A stretch of 64,000 bases of DNA, from assembly GCA_035688575.1 (NCBI GenBank), contig DASSMS010000142.1, positions 9,256 to 73,255 of the forward strand, in the 5' to 3' direction. Positions 1-9,526 of this stretch are shown here, piece by piece. Numbering within the stretch: position 1 is the stretch's first letter; every line of letters begins with the position of its first letter. The position numbers were made by a program, and so were the translations under genes. This DNA comes from Nocardioidaceae bacterium (GTDB lineage Bacteria; Actinomycetota; Actinomycetes; Propionibacteriales; Nocardioidaceae). The notes under the pieces were generated by a model, which saw only the letters and a program-made list of their open reading frames with translations, was not told the origin of the DNA and ran no database searches.

Positions 1-497
1 AGTCCTGGCAGCGCCCCGAGTGCGAGGCGCCACCAGCCTCCCGGGACACCGACGGCCGCGCGCAGTCCGCGGACCGCCGTACCGATCCGGGATCCGCCGC
101 CGCCTCCCGACATCGAGGTGGTCATCAGCGCGAAGAGAGGAGCGGTGGCGGCCTGGGGCTGGAACAGCGAGAACAGCCGCGACAGGCCGTTTCTCGTCGT
201 CGCGCCGAGCTCACCGGGCAGCCTTGCAAGGGCGACGAAGCCTCCGCCATCGCTCCTTCGGCCGTACTCCGCGGCGGCAGCAGCAGCCGCAGCGATCGCG
301 CCGGCGGACGTCCCGCCTACGTTGACCAGCCGGTAGCGGGTGGCGAGCTCGCAGACCGTCCACGGATACACGATTCCGCTGGTGATGCCGCCCTTCATCA
401 CCACGTCGCAGGTGGCAACCGGAGCGGCGTAGGTGTCCTGGTCGTCGAGCCCGTCCGGAGCAGAGAGCCCCTCTGCGGTCTTCGTGGTTCGTGACAC
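1..497 (-). CDS. Patatin-like phospholipase family protein, N-terminal part (runs off left edge)
   Basis: Manual translation, absent from the ORF track because it has no stop in the window: CDVVMKGGITSGIVYP...VNVGGTSAGAIAAA gives the patatin Gly-rich loop and GxSxG. GGAGG lies 8 nt before GTG 497. Confidence 0.8.
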   Translation of the reverse strand, partial: MSRTTKTAEGLSAPDGLDDQDTYAAPVATCDVVMKGGITSGIVYPWTVCELATRYRLVNVGGTSAGAIAAAAAAAAEYGRRSDGGGFVALARLPGELGATTRNGLSRLFSLFQPQAATAPLFALMTTSMSGGGGGSRIGTAVRGLRAAVGVPGGWWRLALGALPG

Positions 498-656
498 GCT
501 CGCCACCTCCGTGGTCCAGCGCCGCCCGCGCGGCATTCGGATCGACCGTAGGCCTGCCCGAGTCGGCAGGGGAAGGCACGAAAGGGCTAGGTATGTCCTT
601 TTCGCCGCGAAGAAGCGGTCGCTGCGCGCTGACTCTCCGGACGCCCGGACCGGCTG

Positions 657-1061
657 TCAGGCACCGGGGGTGTCGTAGAACGCCTCCACCCGGCCCCCGT
701 CAGCGAGCCACGGCGCCACCAGGACCCGCGCTCGGCCGGGGTCGCGGTGGAAGAGCCCCACCCGCACAGCGAAGACGATGTCGAACCGGCGCTCGCCGAG
801 ATCCAGGTCCTCCAGCTCCGCCACCAGGAACTCCGCCCTCCCCTCGGCGACGTGAACGGCGTTGCGGCGCGCGGCTGCCTCGATCATCTTGGCGGACCTG
901 TCCACGGCCGTGAGCCGACCATCCCCGAGCCGCTCACACACCAGGGTGGCGGCGACGCCGTGGCCGCAGCCGATCTCGAGCACGCGGTCGTCGGGACGGA
1001 TCCCGAGTCCGTCCACGACCGCTCGTAGTCGTTCGCTCACCCTGGCAAGGTAGTCGGCCAT
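657..1061 (-). CDS. Class I SAM-dependent methyltransferase (short)
   Basis: VLEIGCGHG motif I, AVDRS, RFDIVF. Confidence 0.8.
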   Translation of the reverse strand: MADYLARVSERLRAVVDGLGIRPDDRVLEIGCGHGVAATLVCERLGDGRLTAVDRSAKMIEAAARRNAVHVAEGRAEFLVAELEDLDLGERRFDIVFAVRVGLFHRDPGRARVLVAPWLADGGRVEAFYDTPGA

Positions 1062-1169
1062 GCTGCGACGGTGCCAACGTCGACGCCACCCGGGGCGCGC
1101 TTGAGGTCACGTGGTGCGGGTACGACCTACCCGGGCAACGTGCAGCGACAACTGGAACGGAGGGTGCGC

Positions 1170-2225
1170 ATGTCGAGCGCCACGTCGACCGCCGGCAGCG
1201 ACGCGGATGCGAGCGGGTACGTCTCGTCGGGGGACTACGACCGGGACACCCGCTACCTCAGCAACCGGATCACCGAGGACGGTCGCGACGGGTACCCGGT
1301 GGAGGCAGATCGCTACCGGCTCGTCGTCGCCCGCGCGTGCCCCTGGGCCAACCGCGCCATCATCGTCCGCAGGCTGCTCGGGCTCGAGCACGCCCTCGGC
1401 ATGGGTGTGTGCGGGCCGACCCACGATGAACGGAGCTGGACGTTCGACCTCGACCACGGAGGGCGTGACCCGGTGCTCGGTATCGAGCGACTGGAGGACG
1501 CCTACCTGGCGCGGGACCCCGGCTACGACAAGGGCGTCACGGTTCCGGCGATGGTGGAGGTCTCGACGGGCCAGGTCGTCACCAACGACTTCGCCCAGAT
1601 CACGCTCGACCTCTCCACCGAGTGGCGGAAGTTCCACCGCCACGGTGCTCCGGACCTGTGGCCCGAACACCTCCGGGACGAGATGGACGAGGTCATGGAA
1701 CGCATCTACACCGACGTGAACAACGGGGTGTACCGATGCGGGTTCGCCGGCTCCCAGCGGGCCTACGAACGTTCCTTCGACCGGCTGTTCGACAGCCTGG
1801 ACTGGCTGGAGGAGCGCCTACGCGCCCGCCGCTACCTGATGGGTGGCTCGATCACGGAGTCCGACATACGTCTCTTCACTACGCTCGCCCGGTTCGACGC
1901 GGTCTACCACGGCCATTTCAAGTGCAACCGGAACAAGCTCAGCGAGATGCCGGTCCTGTGGGCCTACGCCCGAGACCTCTTCCAGACGCCCGGCCTGGGC
2001 GACACCATCGACTTCGACCACATCAAGCGGCACTACTACTGCGTGCACCGCGACATCAACCCGACCCGGGTCGTCCCCAAGGGACCCGACCTGTCGGGCT
2101 GGCTTACCCCGCACGGCCGCGAGCAGCTCGGCGGCAGCCCGTTCGGAGAGGGCACTCCTCCCCCGCCGCCGCACCCTGAAGAGGCCGTCCCGGACGAGCA
2201 CACTCCACTGCGCGACGCTGCCTGA
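1170..2225 (+). CDS. yqjG: Glutathionyl-hydroquinone reductase / GST (YqjG/ECM4 family)
   Basis: ACPWA active site, VTVP, VNNGVYRCGFA, RFDAVYHGHFKCN, HIKRHYY. Start set at ATG 1170 after GGAGG. Confidence 0.88.
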   Translation: MSSATSTAGSDADASGYVSSGDYDRDTRYLSNRITEDGRDGYPVEADRYRLVVARACPWANRAIIVRRLLGLEHALGMGVCGPTHDERSWTFDLDHGGRDPVLGIERLEDAYLARDPGYDKGVTVPAMVEVSTGQVVTNDFAQITLDLSTEWRKFHRHGAPDLWPEHLRDEMDEVMERIYTDVNNGVYRCGFAGSQRAYERSFDRLFDSLDWLEERLRARRYLMGGSITESDIRLFTTLARFDAVYHGHFKCNRNKLSEMPVLWAYARDLFQTPGLGDTIDFDHIKRHYYCVHRDINPTRVVPKGPDLSGWLTPHGREQLGGSPFGEGTPPPPPHPEEAVPDEHTPLRDAA

Positions 2226-2243
2226 GCCGGCTCAGGCCTTCGA

Positions 2244-2495
2244 TCATGCGGCGTCCTTGGCGTGGAGACTGGAGCTGCAGGCACAGGTGTGGATGGCGCC
2301 GGTGGCCGGGCAGGGGGGCGTCACGGGTCGGCACGAGCCGCAGATCGGTGGCGTCATGGAGCACCAGATACAGGTCCAGGCGTGCAGGCTGCAGGTCTCG
2401 ACCAGGACCGCCTCGTCGTCGGAGCCGGGCAGGGCGTCGAGACGCCAGAGCGCCGCGGCTCCGGTCTGCGGAATCAGTTGCTGCTGTGCTTCCAT
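2244..2495 (-). CDS. Small Cys/His-rich hypothetical protein (83 aa)
   Basis: 3' part of ORF 2244..2786 from ATG 2495. Third codon positions are mostly G/C. 8 Cys and 3 His in the last 50 aa. Confidence 0.6.
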   Translation of the reverse strand: MEAQQQLIPQTGAAALWRLDALPGSDDEAVLVETCSLHAWTCIWCSMTPPICGSCRPVTPPCPATGAIHTCACSSSLHAKDAA

Positions 2496-2602
2496 CGCTC
2501 TGCTTTCCACCTCGGTTGGCCGAGATCCCCGCGGTAATAGAAATGCCGCTGGTAGGGGCCGACGAAACCCACGTCTAGACACCCGTGGATACGCTGAGAT
2601 GC

Positions 2603-3436
2603 ATGGCGAAGCAGCGAGTCGACCGTCGCGCCCGAGCCGACCAGAAGGTGCCGGCGCCGCTGTACGACGCCGAGCTGTTCCGGCTGCAGGCCGAGCTGGT
2701 GAAGGTCCAGGAGTGGGTGAAGGACGAGAAGCAGCGGATCGTCGTGGTCTTCGAGGGCCGAGACGCCGCGGGCAAGGGCGGCACAATCAAGCGGGTGACG
2801 CAGTACCTCAGCCCCCGCGTGGCACGCATCGTCGCTCTGCCACAGCCCACGGAGCGGGAGAAGGGGCAGTGGTACTTCCAGCGCTACATCCAGCACCTGC
2901 CCAGTGGCGGGGAGATCGTGCTGTTCGACCGCTCCTGGTACAACCGGGCAGGGGTCGAGAAGGTGATGGACTTCTGCACCCCGGCGGAGTACCGGCGCTT
3001 CCTGCACCAGTGCCCGATCTTCGAGCGGCTGCTCGTCGAGGACGGGATCCTGCTGCGCAAGTACTGGTTCTCAGTGAGTGACCAGGAGCAGCAGCGACGG
3101 TTCAAGTCCCGCCTCGAGGACCCTATGCGGCAGTGGAAGCTCTCACCGATGGACCTGGAGTCGATCACCCGCTGGGAGAACTACTCACGCGCCAAGGACG
3201 AGATGATGGTGCACACCGACATCCCCGAGGCGCCGTGGTACGTCGTCGAGAGCGACGTGAAGAAGCGCGCGCGCCTCAACATGATGGCGCACCTGCTCTC
3301 CACCATCCCGTACGCCGAGGTGCCGCCGCCGGCCCTGGAGCTGCCACCCCGCCCGAAGCGGACCGGCTATGAACGGCCCCCGCGCGAGCAGGCGACGTAC
3401 GTGCCCGACCACTGCGCCGCTCTCCTCGACGGCTGA
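2603..3436 (+). CDS. ppk2: Polyphosphate kinase 2
   Basis: FEGRDAAGKGG Walker A, LFDRSWYNRAGVEKVM, WKLSPMD. Confidence 0.95.
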   Translation: MAKQRVDRRARADQKVPAPLYDAELFRLQAELVKVQEWVKDEKQRIVVVFEGRDAAGKGGTIKRVTQYLSPRVARIVALPQPTEREKGQWYFQRYIQHLPSGGEIVLFDRSWYNRAGVEKVMDFCTPAEYRRFLHQCPIFERLLVEDGILLRKYWFSVSDQEQQRRFKSRLEDPMRQWKLSPMDLESITRWENYSRAKDEMMVHTDIPEAPWYVVESDVKKRARLNMMAHLLSTIPYAEVPPPALELPPRPKRTGYERPPREQATYVPDHCAALLDG

Positions 3437-3565
3437 GACGGCCGTGCTCCGGGTCTGGTCCGGGTCCGGACGGCATTGTGCCGCCTACCGGCGCGGGCGG
3501 ACGATGGCAGTGCCTGGTTGCCCTCCTCGACGGCTCGGGCGCCAGAGGAGCAGAAGGGAGGAACC

Positions 3566-3943
3566 ATGTCCAAGGCATCGAAGACAAGCGCCTCCGAGAC
3601 GGTCGAGATCGAAGGCTACGAGGGGCACATCGCGAACATGGGCGACGGCTACACGGCGGCGTTCGAGACGTACACCGTCGAGACCGACCTGGCCCCGTAC
3701 CTCAAAGGCCTGCCCGACGACCGGTGCCAATGTGCGCACTGGGGCCTCGTTCTCAAAGGGAGCGTGACCTTCAAGAACAGCTCCGGAGAGGAGACCTTCG
3801 AGGCGGGCGACGCCTACTACGTGGCGCCAGGCCACACTCCGGTCTTCCACGCCGGCGCCGAGCTCGTCATGTTCAGCCCGACCGAAGAGCTGCAACGCAC
3901 CAGCGAGGCAGTCGGCAGGAACATGGAGGCCGCCGCCGGCTGA
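3566..3943 (+). CDS. Cupin domain protein
   Basis: CQCAHWGLVLKG and GDAYYVAPGHTP cupin motifs. GGAGG before ATG 3566. Confidence 0.75.
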   Translation: MSKASKTSASETVEIEGYEGHIANMGDGYTAAFETYTVETDLAPYLKGLPDDRCQCAHWGLVLKGSVTFKNSSGEETFEAGDAYYVAPGHTPVFHAGAELVMFSPTEELQRTSEAVGRNMEAAAG

Positions 3944-3972
3944 GGGTGCGCCGCGGGGTTGGACCGTGCGGG

Positions 3973-5085
3973 TCACATGTCGTTACCGATGAACATCGGG
4001 TCGCCGCTCCTGGTCGAGATCTCCCCGATCTCGGTGCAGCTGCCCGACGGGATCTCGCAGTCGTAGAACACACCGACCGACGGTCCTCCGTTGGCCGCAG
4101 CCAGCACCGACCCGTCCGTGTCGAAGGTGAACCAGATCGCGTTCTTCACCTCCAGCGTGATCGCCTGCCCGTCCGGGGTCGTCGGCTCCAGCTTCGGCGA
4201 CCAGTACAGGACGTGGCCGCCGTCGAAAGAGAGCTGCGCGTCGATCTCGCCCTCGGTGAAGGCCCAGTCCGCCACCGGGCTGTTCGACGCGGGGGTCGGC
4301 GCCACGTGGGACCACAGGATCCGCCCGTTGCGTGCGTCGGCGACGCGGAACTCGCCTTCGCCGACGAGGGTCCACCGGGCCTTCCCCGTGACGCCGTGGT
4401 CCCAGACGTAGGTCCCGTCACCGGTGCGGACGAACACCAGCCCGCGGTCCACCGCGTCCACCACGACCTCACGGCACGCCGATCCCGAACAGGGCACGCT
4501 CATGGTGTCCACCACGCGGCCTGCGCGCAGGTCGTGGAGCACAACGGTCACTGCTTCGCCGCCCGGCTGGGTGAACGCGACCAACGGCAGCTTCGCGTCG
4601 GCCTTCGACGAGGGGCGGAAGTGCGCGTGGATCCCGGCGGGAGCCGGCGCGAGGGTGGTGTCCTTGCCGGTCTCGTCGAGCAGATGCGCCTGCGCGGCGC
4701 TGTCGAAGAAGACCACGCCGTACGGCGTCGCCGTCGCGTCGGTGTCGAGGTAGGACATGTCCTTTCGGGGGAAGAGTCTTCCGCCGAGTGAGATCTGGCC
4801 GTCGTCGTCCGGGCTCGCGAACGCCCTGAGCCCCTGGGAGTAGTCGAGCTGTCCGACGGGGTCGAACTGCTGCGGCCCGTCCGGCCGGAACTGCGCACCG
4901 CCGCCCCCCTGGGCGAGCATGAAGCCGCCGGAGACGACCACCGCGGCCGCTGCCCCCACGGCCAGGGCTCGGCGTCTGCGTATCGCCTGCCCGCGGCGCC
5001 GCACCACGGCCATGTCCGGCAGTGGAGGGGGCACTCGCTCCACCTGCTCCGCGATGGTGCGTGGCAGCTGGTCCTCGATGCTCAT
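3973..5085 (-). CDS. Membrane-anchored putative anti-sigma factor with extracytoplasmic domain
   Basis: ATGA overlap with the sigma gene. Short cytoplasmic N-terminus, RRRR, one TM helix, then a large beta-rich domain. Confidence 0.65.
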   Translation of the reverse strand: MSIEDQLPRTIAEQVERVPPPLPDMAVVRRRGQAIRRRRALAVGAAAAVVVSGGFMLAQGGGGAQFRPDGPQQFDPVGQLDYSQGLRAFASPDDDGQISLGGRLFPRKDMSYLDTDATATPYGVVFFDSAAQAHLLDETGKDTTLAPAPAGIHAHFRPSSKADAKLPLVAFTQPGGEAVTVVLHDLRAGRVVDTMSVPCSGSACREVVVDAVDRGLVFVRTGDGTYVWDHGVTGKARWTLVGEGEFRVADARNGRILWSHVAPTPASNSPVADWAFTEGEIDAQLSFDGGHVLYWSPKLEPTTPDGQAITLEVKNAIWFTFDTDGSVLAAANGGPSVGVFYDCEIPSGSCTEIGEISTRSGDPMFIGNDM

Positions 5086-5600
5086 AGCGGGTCCCTCTCC
5101 GAGACGAGTCCGCCGGCGGCGTGCCGTCGGCGAAGCGCGGACAGTGCGTCGGATGCCTGCGACTTCACGGTCCCGCGGCTGCAACCGAGGACCTCCGATA
5201 TCTGCTGCTCGCTCAGATCCTCGTAGTAGCGCAGCACCAGCACCGCCCGCTGGCGCGGAGGCAGCGACCTCAGTGCCTCCCAGACCTCTGCCCGGTCCAC
5301 CAGGTCGTCCTGCGCCGACCGTTCGGCCCGGACCTCGGGAGGCGTCCCCGAGCGCTCGGCCTTCCACCAGCTGCGGCGCCGCAGCCCGAGCACCTCGTTG
5401 ATCGCCATGCGCCGGACGTAGGCCTCGGGGTGGTCGGCGGAGCGGACTCGCGGCCAGGAAGCGTAGGCCTTCGCGAACGCGGACTGGACGGCATCCTCCG
5501 CCTGACCCACGTCCCCTGTGATGGCGTAGGTGACCCGGAACAGCCGGGGCCACGCCGCAGCGAAGAACTCCGCGAACTCGGCCTCGCTGGCTGTGCGCAC
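5082..5600 (-). CDS. ECF RNA polymerase sigma factor (actinobacterial SigE family)
   Basis: AEDAVQSAF region 2; LPPRQRAVLVLRYYEDLSEQQISEVLGCSRGTVKSQ region 4. Confidence 0.92.
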   Translation of the reverse strand: MRTASEAEFAEFFAAAWPRLFRVTYAITGDVGQAEDAVQSAFAKAYASWPRVRSADHPEAYVRRMAINEVLGLRRRSWWKAERSGTPPEVRAERSAQDDLVDRAEVWEALRSLPPRQRAVLVLRYYEDLSEQQISEVLGCSRGTVKSQASDALSALRRRHAAGGLVSERDPL

Positions 5601-5773
5601 TGGCTCCCCCTGGACGATGCGGGTCCGACATCAAGACAGATGCGCCGAACCGTTCCCGAGGTTGGGTGTGACCGCGAGGGACTTTTCCCGGACTCGACGC
5701 CTCAGGACAATGTCACATCGACGCGACGTCGCGGGGCAGACCCGCCCGCCCCCGAGCACCTAGAGTCTCGGGC

Positions 5774-6577
5774 GTGGACCTCACCTCGCTCGGCTACCGG
5801 ACGGACCTCGCCTTGCTCGCGCTCGGGGGCAGTGTGATCGAGGACCGCGGCGACCACGTCGTCGTACGGTCACCGCACAACCCGGGTCACTGGTGGGGCA
5901 ACTTCCTGCTGCTCCCGGCCCCTCCCGCCGCCGAGCAGACCGACCGTTGGCTCGCACTGTTCGCGGATGAGTTCCCAGACGTCGACCACGTCGCCCTCGG
6001 CTTCGACGGGGTCGACGGCACTGCCGATGCCCTCGCCGCCTTCGCGAGCAGGGGTCTGCGCGTCGAGGGCCAGGCAGTCATGACCGCCACCAGCGTCCAC
6101 GAGCCACCTCGTCCGAACCGGGACGCGGAGTACCGCACACTGTCGAGCGACACGGACTGGGACCAGCTCGTCGACCTGCGGGTCTCCTGCATCGACGAGG
6201 GTCTCGACGCGCAGTCCTACCGCGAGTTCGCGGTCGCCAAGGTGGCCACCGTCCGCCGCCTCGTCGAGGGTGGGCACGGCGCCTGGTTCGGCGCCTTCGA
6301 GGACGGTCGCCTGCTCTCTGGGATGGGACTCTTCCGCGCCGGCGCGGAGCTCGCCCGCTTCCAGTCCGTCGAGACCCGCCCCGTGGCCCGTGGCCGGGGA
6401 CTCGCGGGCACGCTGGTTCACCACGCCAGTGGCTACGGCTTCAGCAGGCTCGGGGCGCGCACGCTCGTGATGGTGGCCGAACCCGAGTACCTCGCGATCA
6501 GGGTCTACCGCTCGGTCGGCTTCGCCGAGAGCGAGACCCAGCTGCAGGCGGAGAAGCCTCCCGTCGCCGGTGAGTGA
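5774..6577 (+). CDS. GNAT family N-acetyltransferase
   Basis: VETRPVARGRGLAG acetyl-CoA motif; AIRVYRSVGF. Confidence 0.8.
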   Translation: MDLTSLGYRTDLALLALGGSVIEDRGDHVVVRSPHNPGHWWGNFLLLPAPPAAEQTDRWLALFADEFPDVDHVALGFDGVDGTADALAAFASRGLRVEGQAVMTATSVHEPPRPNRDAEYRTLSSDTDWDQLVDLRVSCIDEGLDAQSYREFAVAKVATVRRLVEGGHGAWFGAFEDGRLLSGMGLFRAGAELARFQSVETRPVARGRGLAGTLVHHASGYGFSRLGARTLVMVAEPEYLAIRVYRSVGFAESETQLQAEKPPVAGE

Positions 6578-6605
6578 CGGGCCTGCCCCGTGCCGGCTCG
6601 GCCGG

Positions 6606-7004
6606 TCAGCTCAGCGGCCCCCCGGGTCGGTGCCCATCGGGCTGGTCCGGCGCGAAAGGCCACTCCTCGAACGAGGTGCATCGCCCGTCCCCGGCGAACC
6701 GGAGAACCCACAGGTCGCGCCACTGCCCGCTCGCCGGAGCCTCGTAGACGACGGACACACGGACGACCGCCGCTTCGGCGTCGACCGCGACGACGTCGCT
6801 CGTCATCGTGAAGCCCTCGTCCGGGCTGTCACGCTCCGCCTCCCAGAATCGCGCGATCGCCTCTAGGCCCTCGACGGGTCGAGCCCAGGGTGAGGGCAGG
6901 TATGACGCCTCGGGGACGAAGAGCTCGGCGAGCCCGTCGGTTCCTGGCGTGCGCCAGGCACGCTCGTAACCTGCGACCCACCGCTCCACAGCTGCTCGGT
7001 CCAT
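6606..7004 (-). CDS. NTF2/SnoaL-like domain protein
   Basis: WVAGYERAW...LF...GLEAIARFW...WVLRFAGDGRCTSFEEW. CACAAT -10 lies 6 nt before ATG 7004. Confidence 0.75.
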   Translation of the reverse strand: MDRAAVERWVAGYERAWRTPGTDGLAELFVPEASYLPSPWARPVEGLEAIARFWEAERDSPDEGFTMTSDVVAVDAEAAVVRVSVVYEAPASGQWRDLWVLRFAGDGRCTSFEEWPFAPDQPDGHRPGGPLS

Positions 7005-7112
7005 GCCCTCATTGTGCAAGAGATCCCACCAGGGCTCCTGGGCGTCGCTCATCTCCATTTCCGACGTGCCTGGTGGTTCCGAACCCCATACTGAGCCGAT
7101 GGGGGCGACCAG

Positions 7113-7853
7113 ATGACTGTCAGCACTGTCGAGCGCCAGGAAGAATCCTGGGCTGTCACCTCGCGGCGTGCCCTACGCCGCCTCGCGGCCGTGACCTGGG
7201 CCGGCGCGCTGCTCGGCCTTCTGGTGGGTGGCGTCGGTAGCCGTCTCGCGATGATGCTCCTCGCGAGACTGAACCCCGGTGCCGCCGGCACGGTCAGCGA
7301 CGACGGCTTCGTCATGGGCCAGCTCACGCTGGAGACGCTCGACCTGCTGGCCACGACAACACTGATCGGCGTGTTCGGGGGTGGGGTCTACTTCGTGCTG
7401 CGCGGGCTGATGATCGGACCGCGCTGGTTCCAGATCCTGTCGATCTCGGCCGGTCCGGCGGTCGTGGTCGGCAGCAGCCTGGTCCACGTGGACGGCGTGG
7501 ACTTCACCCTCCTCGGCCCGGTCTGGCTGGCGATCGCCATGTTCGTGGTGATCCCCGGTGTCTATGCAGCGATCCTGACGGTTCTGGCGGAGCGCTGGCT
7601 CGCTCCCGAGGGACGCTTCATGACTTCGCCCTTCTTCCTCGCTGTCTCGCCGATCCTGCTCTGGGTGCCGATCGCGCCCGTGCTCGGCGCACTCCTGCTC
7701 GGCTTGGCGGTGTTCGAGGCCGTGCGCCGTACGCCTGGCGGAGCCGCTTTTCTCGGTCACCCGGCGTGGCCCTGGCTGATCCGTGGGGCGCTGGTGGTCC
7801 TGTTCACCGTGGCCTTGGTAGACCTCATCCAGGACACCGGCACGCTGACCTGA
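7113..7853 (+). CDS. Integral membrane hypothetical protein
   Basis: 246-aa ORF with about 6-7 hydrophobic segments. Confidence 0.7.
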   Translation: MTVSTVERQEESWAVTSRRALRRLAAVTWAGALLGLLVGGVGSRLAMMLLARLNPGAAGTVSDDGFVMGQLTLETLDLLATTTLIGVFGGGVYFVLRGLMIGPRWFQILSISAGPAVVVGSSLVHVDGVDFTLLGPVWLAIAMFVVIPGVYAAILTVLAERWLAPEGRFMTSPFFLAVSPILLWVPIAPVLGALLLGLAVFEAVRRTPGGAAFLGHPAWPWLIRGALVVLFTVALVDLIQDTGTLT

Positions 7854-7923
7854 CGAAGACGCCCCCGGGCCTCAGGACCTTCGCCTCTGCATCGGGGACG
7901 TCGACCCCCGCACCGTGGTGCTT

Positions 7924-9420
7924 ATGAAGGCTGTGGTCTCGACCCGGCTCGGCGACCTGCGCGGCAGCGTCGCCGACGGCGTGTACGCGTTCCTGGGCGT
8001 CCCCTACGCGGCGTCGACGTCCGGCGCCAACCGGCTCCGACCGCCCCAGCCGGTCAAACCGTGGGCCGGCGTTCGTGAGGCCACCAGCTTCGGGCCGGCG
8101 CCTCCGCAGGTCGCTCCCCCGGAGAGCGCTGGGACCGAGTGGGACACGTCCGCGGCAGGTGCTGACTGCCTCAACCTCAACATCTGGACCCCGGACCCGG
8201 GCGCGGGCGGGTTGCCGGTGATGGTGTGGATCCAGGGGGGTGCCTTCGAGATCAGCTCGACCGCGGCGTACGACGGGAGCAACTTCGCCCGCGACGGCGT
8301 CGTCTGCGTCGTCATCAACTGGCGAGTCGGCGCCGACGGGTTCTTGTACCTGGACGACGGCATCGCCAACGTGGGCCTGCTCGACCAGGTCGCGGCGCTG
8401 GAGTGGGTGCGGGACAACATCGAGGTCTTCGGCGGCGATCCCGGCAACGTCACCGTCTTCGGTGAGTCGGCCGGCGCGATGAGCATCGGCACGCTGCTGT
8501 CGATGCCTCGCGCAAACGGGTTGTTCCGGCGAGCGATCGCGCAGAGCGGCGCCGCCCATCACGTGAGCTCGGCCGAGACCGCGCTGCGCATCGGCCGGCA
8601 CCTGGCCAAGAGGCTGGGAGTACCGGCGACCCGGGAGGCGATCGCCGAGGTGCCCGTCGAGCGACTGCTCGCGGCCGAGGCTGAGCTGTCGGCGGACCTC
8701 GAAGCGCATCCCGATCCTGCGTTCTGGGGTGAGGACCTGGTGCTCACGATGCCGTGGCAGCCGGTGATCGACGGTGAGGTCCTTCCAGGACGTCCGCTCG
8801 ACCGGATCGCCGCCGGCGCCGGCGCGGAGGTGGACGTCATGGTCGGCACCAACACCGACGACTGGAGGATGTTCCTGGTCCTCACCGGCGAGATCGGCCA
8901 GATCACCGATGACGAGCTCACCGGACCTGTCGAAATCTACGGGCGTCGCGCGCTGGCCGCCTATGGCCTCCCGCTCGAGAGAGCGCTCACCGAGTATCGA
9001 GCCAGGTACCCGGACGCGAGTCCGGGTGACATCCTCGCGACGGTGCAGACCGACTGGTGGGTGCGTGTTCCCGCGCTTCGGCTCGCCGATGCCCACGCGC
9101 ACACCACCTCGGGGACCTTCATGTACGAGTTCGCCTGGGCCGCCCCGGGCCTCGGCGCCGTTCATGTGCTCGAGGTCCCCTTCGTCTTCGACAGCCTCGG
9201 CGGGGACGCGCGCCTCTTCGGGCCCCTGCTGGGAGAAGATCCGCCCCAGGCACTCGCCGACACCATGCACGCGGCCTGGGTGTCCTTCGCCGCCCGAGGT
9301 GACCCCGGTTGGCCGAGGTACGACCTCGGCCGGAGGGCCACCATGCGCTTCGACACGACCTCACAGGTGGTCGACGACCCCCGGGCGTGGGAGAGGGCGC
9401 TGTGGGAAGGCGTCCGCTGA
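7924..9420 (+). CDS. Type-B carboxylesterase (para-nitrobenzyl esterase-like)
   Basis: FLGVPYA, DCLNLNIWTP, WIQGG, FGESAGA nucleophile, catalytic His in GAVHVLEV. Confidence 0.9.
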   Translation: MKAVVSTRLGDLRGSVADGVYAFLGVPYAASTSGANRLRPPQPVKPWAGVREATSFGPAPPQVAPPESAGTEWDTSAAGADCLNLNIWTPDPGAGGLPVMVWIQGGAFEISSTAAYDGSNFARDGVVCVVINWRVGADGFLYLDDGIANVGLLDQVAALEWVRDNIEVFGGDPGNVTVFGESAGAMSIGTLLSMPRANGLFRRAIAQSGAAHHVSSAETALRIGRHLAKRLGVPATREAIAEVPVERLLAAEAELSADLEAHPDPAFWGEDLVLTMPWQPVIDGEVLPGRPLDRIAAGAGAEVDVMVGTNTDDWRMFLVLTGEIGQITDDELTGPVEIYGRRALAAYGLPLERALTEYRARYPDASPGDILATVQTDWWVRVPALRLADAHAHTTSGTFMYEFAWAAPGLGAVHVLEVPFVFDSLGGDARLFGPLLGEDPPQALADTMHAAWVSFAARGDPGWPRYDLGRRATMRFDTTSQVVDDPRAWERALWEGVR

Positions 9421-9526
9421 TGCACCCCCCTGTCCGTCGCGGGCAGGCGCCCCCGCCGGGAAGGGCAGGACACCCGCCCCGTCCACGACGCGTAGGACGA
9501 CGCCGGCCCACCTTGGCCGAGCTACG

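Noticed and set aside
264-302. GCA/GCG triplet run
   Set aside because: Encodes the poly-Ala helix after the patatin GTSAG motif; not an independent repeat.
5086-5634. 553-aa ORF 3973..5634 as a single protein
   Set aside because: The upstream part overlaps the sigma gene in another frame; ATGA coupling marks the true start at 5085.
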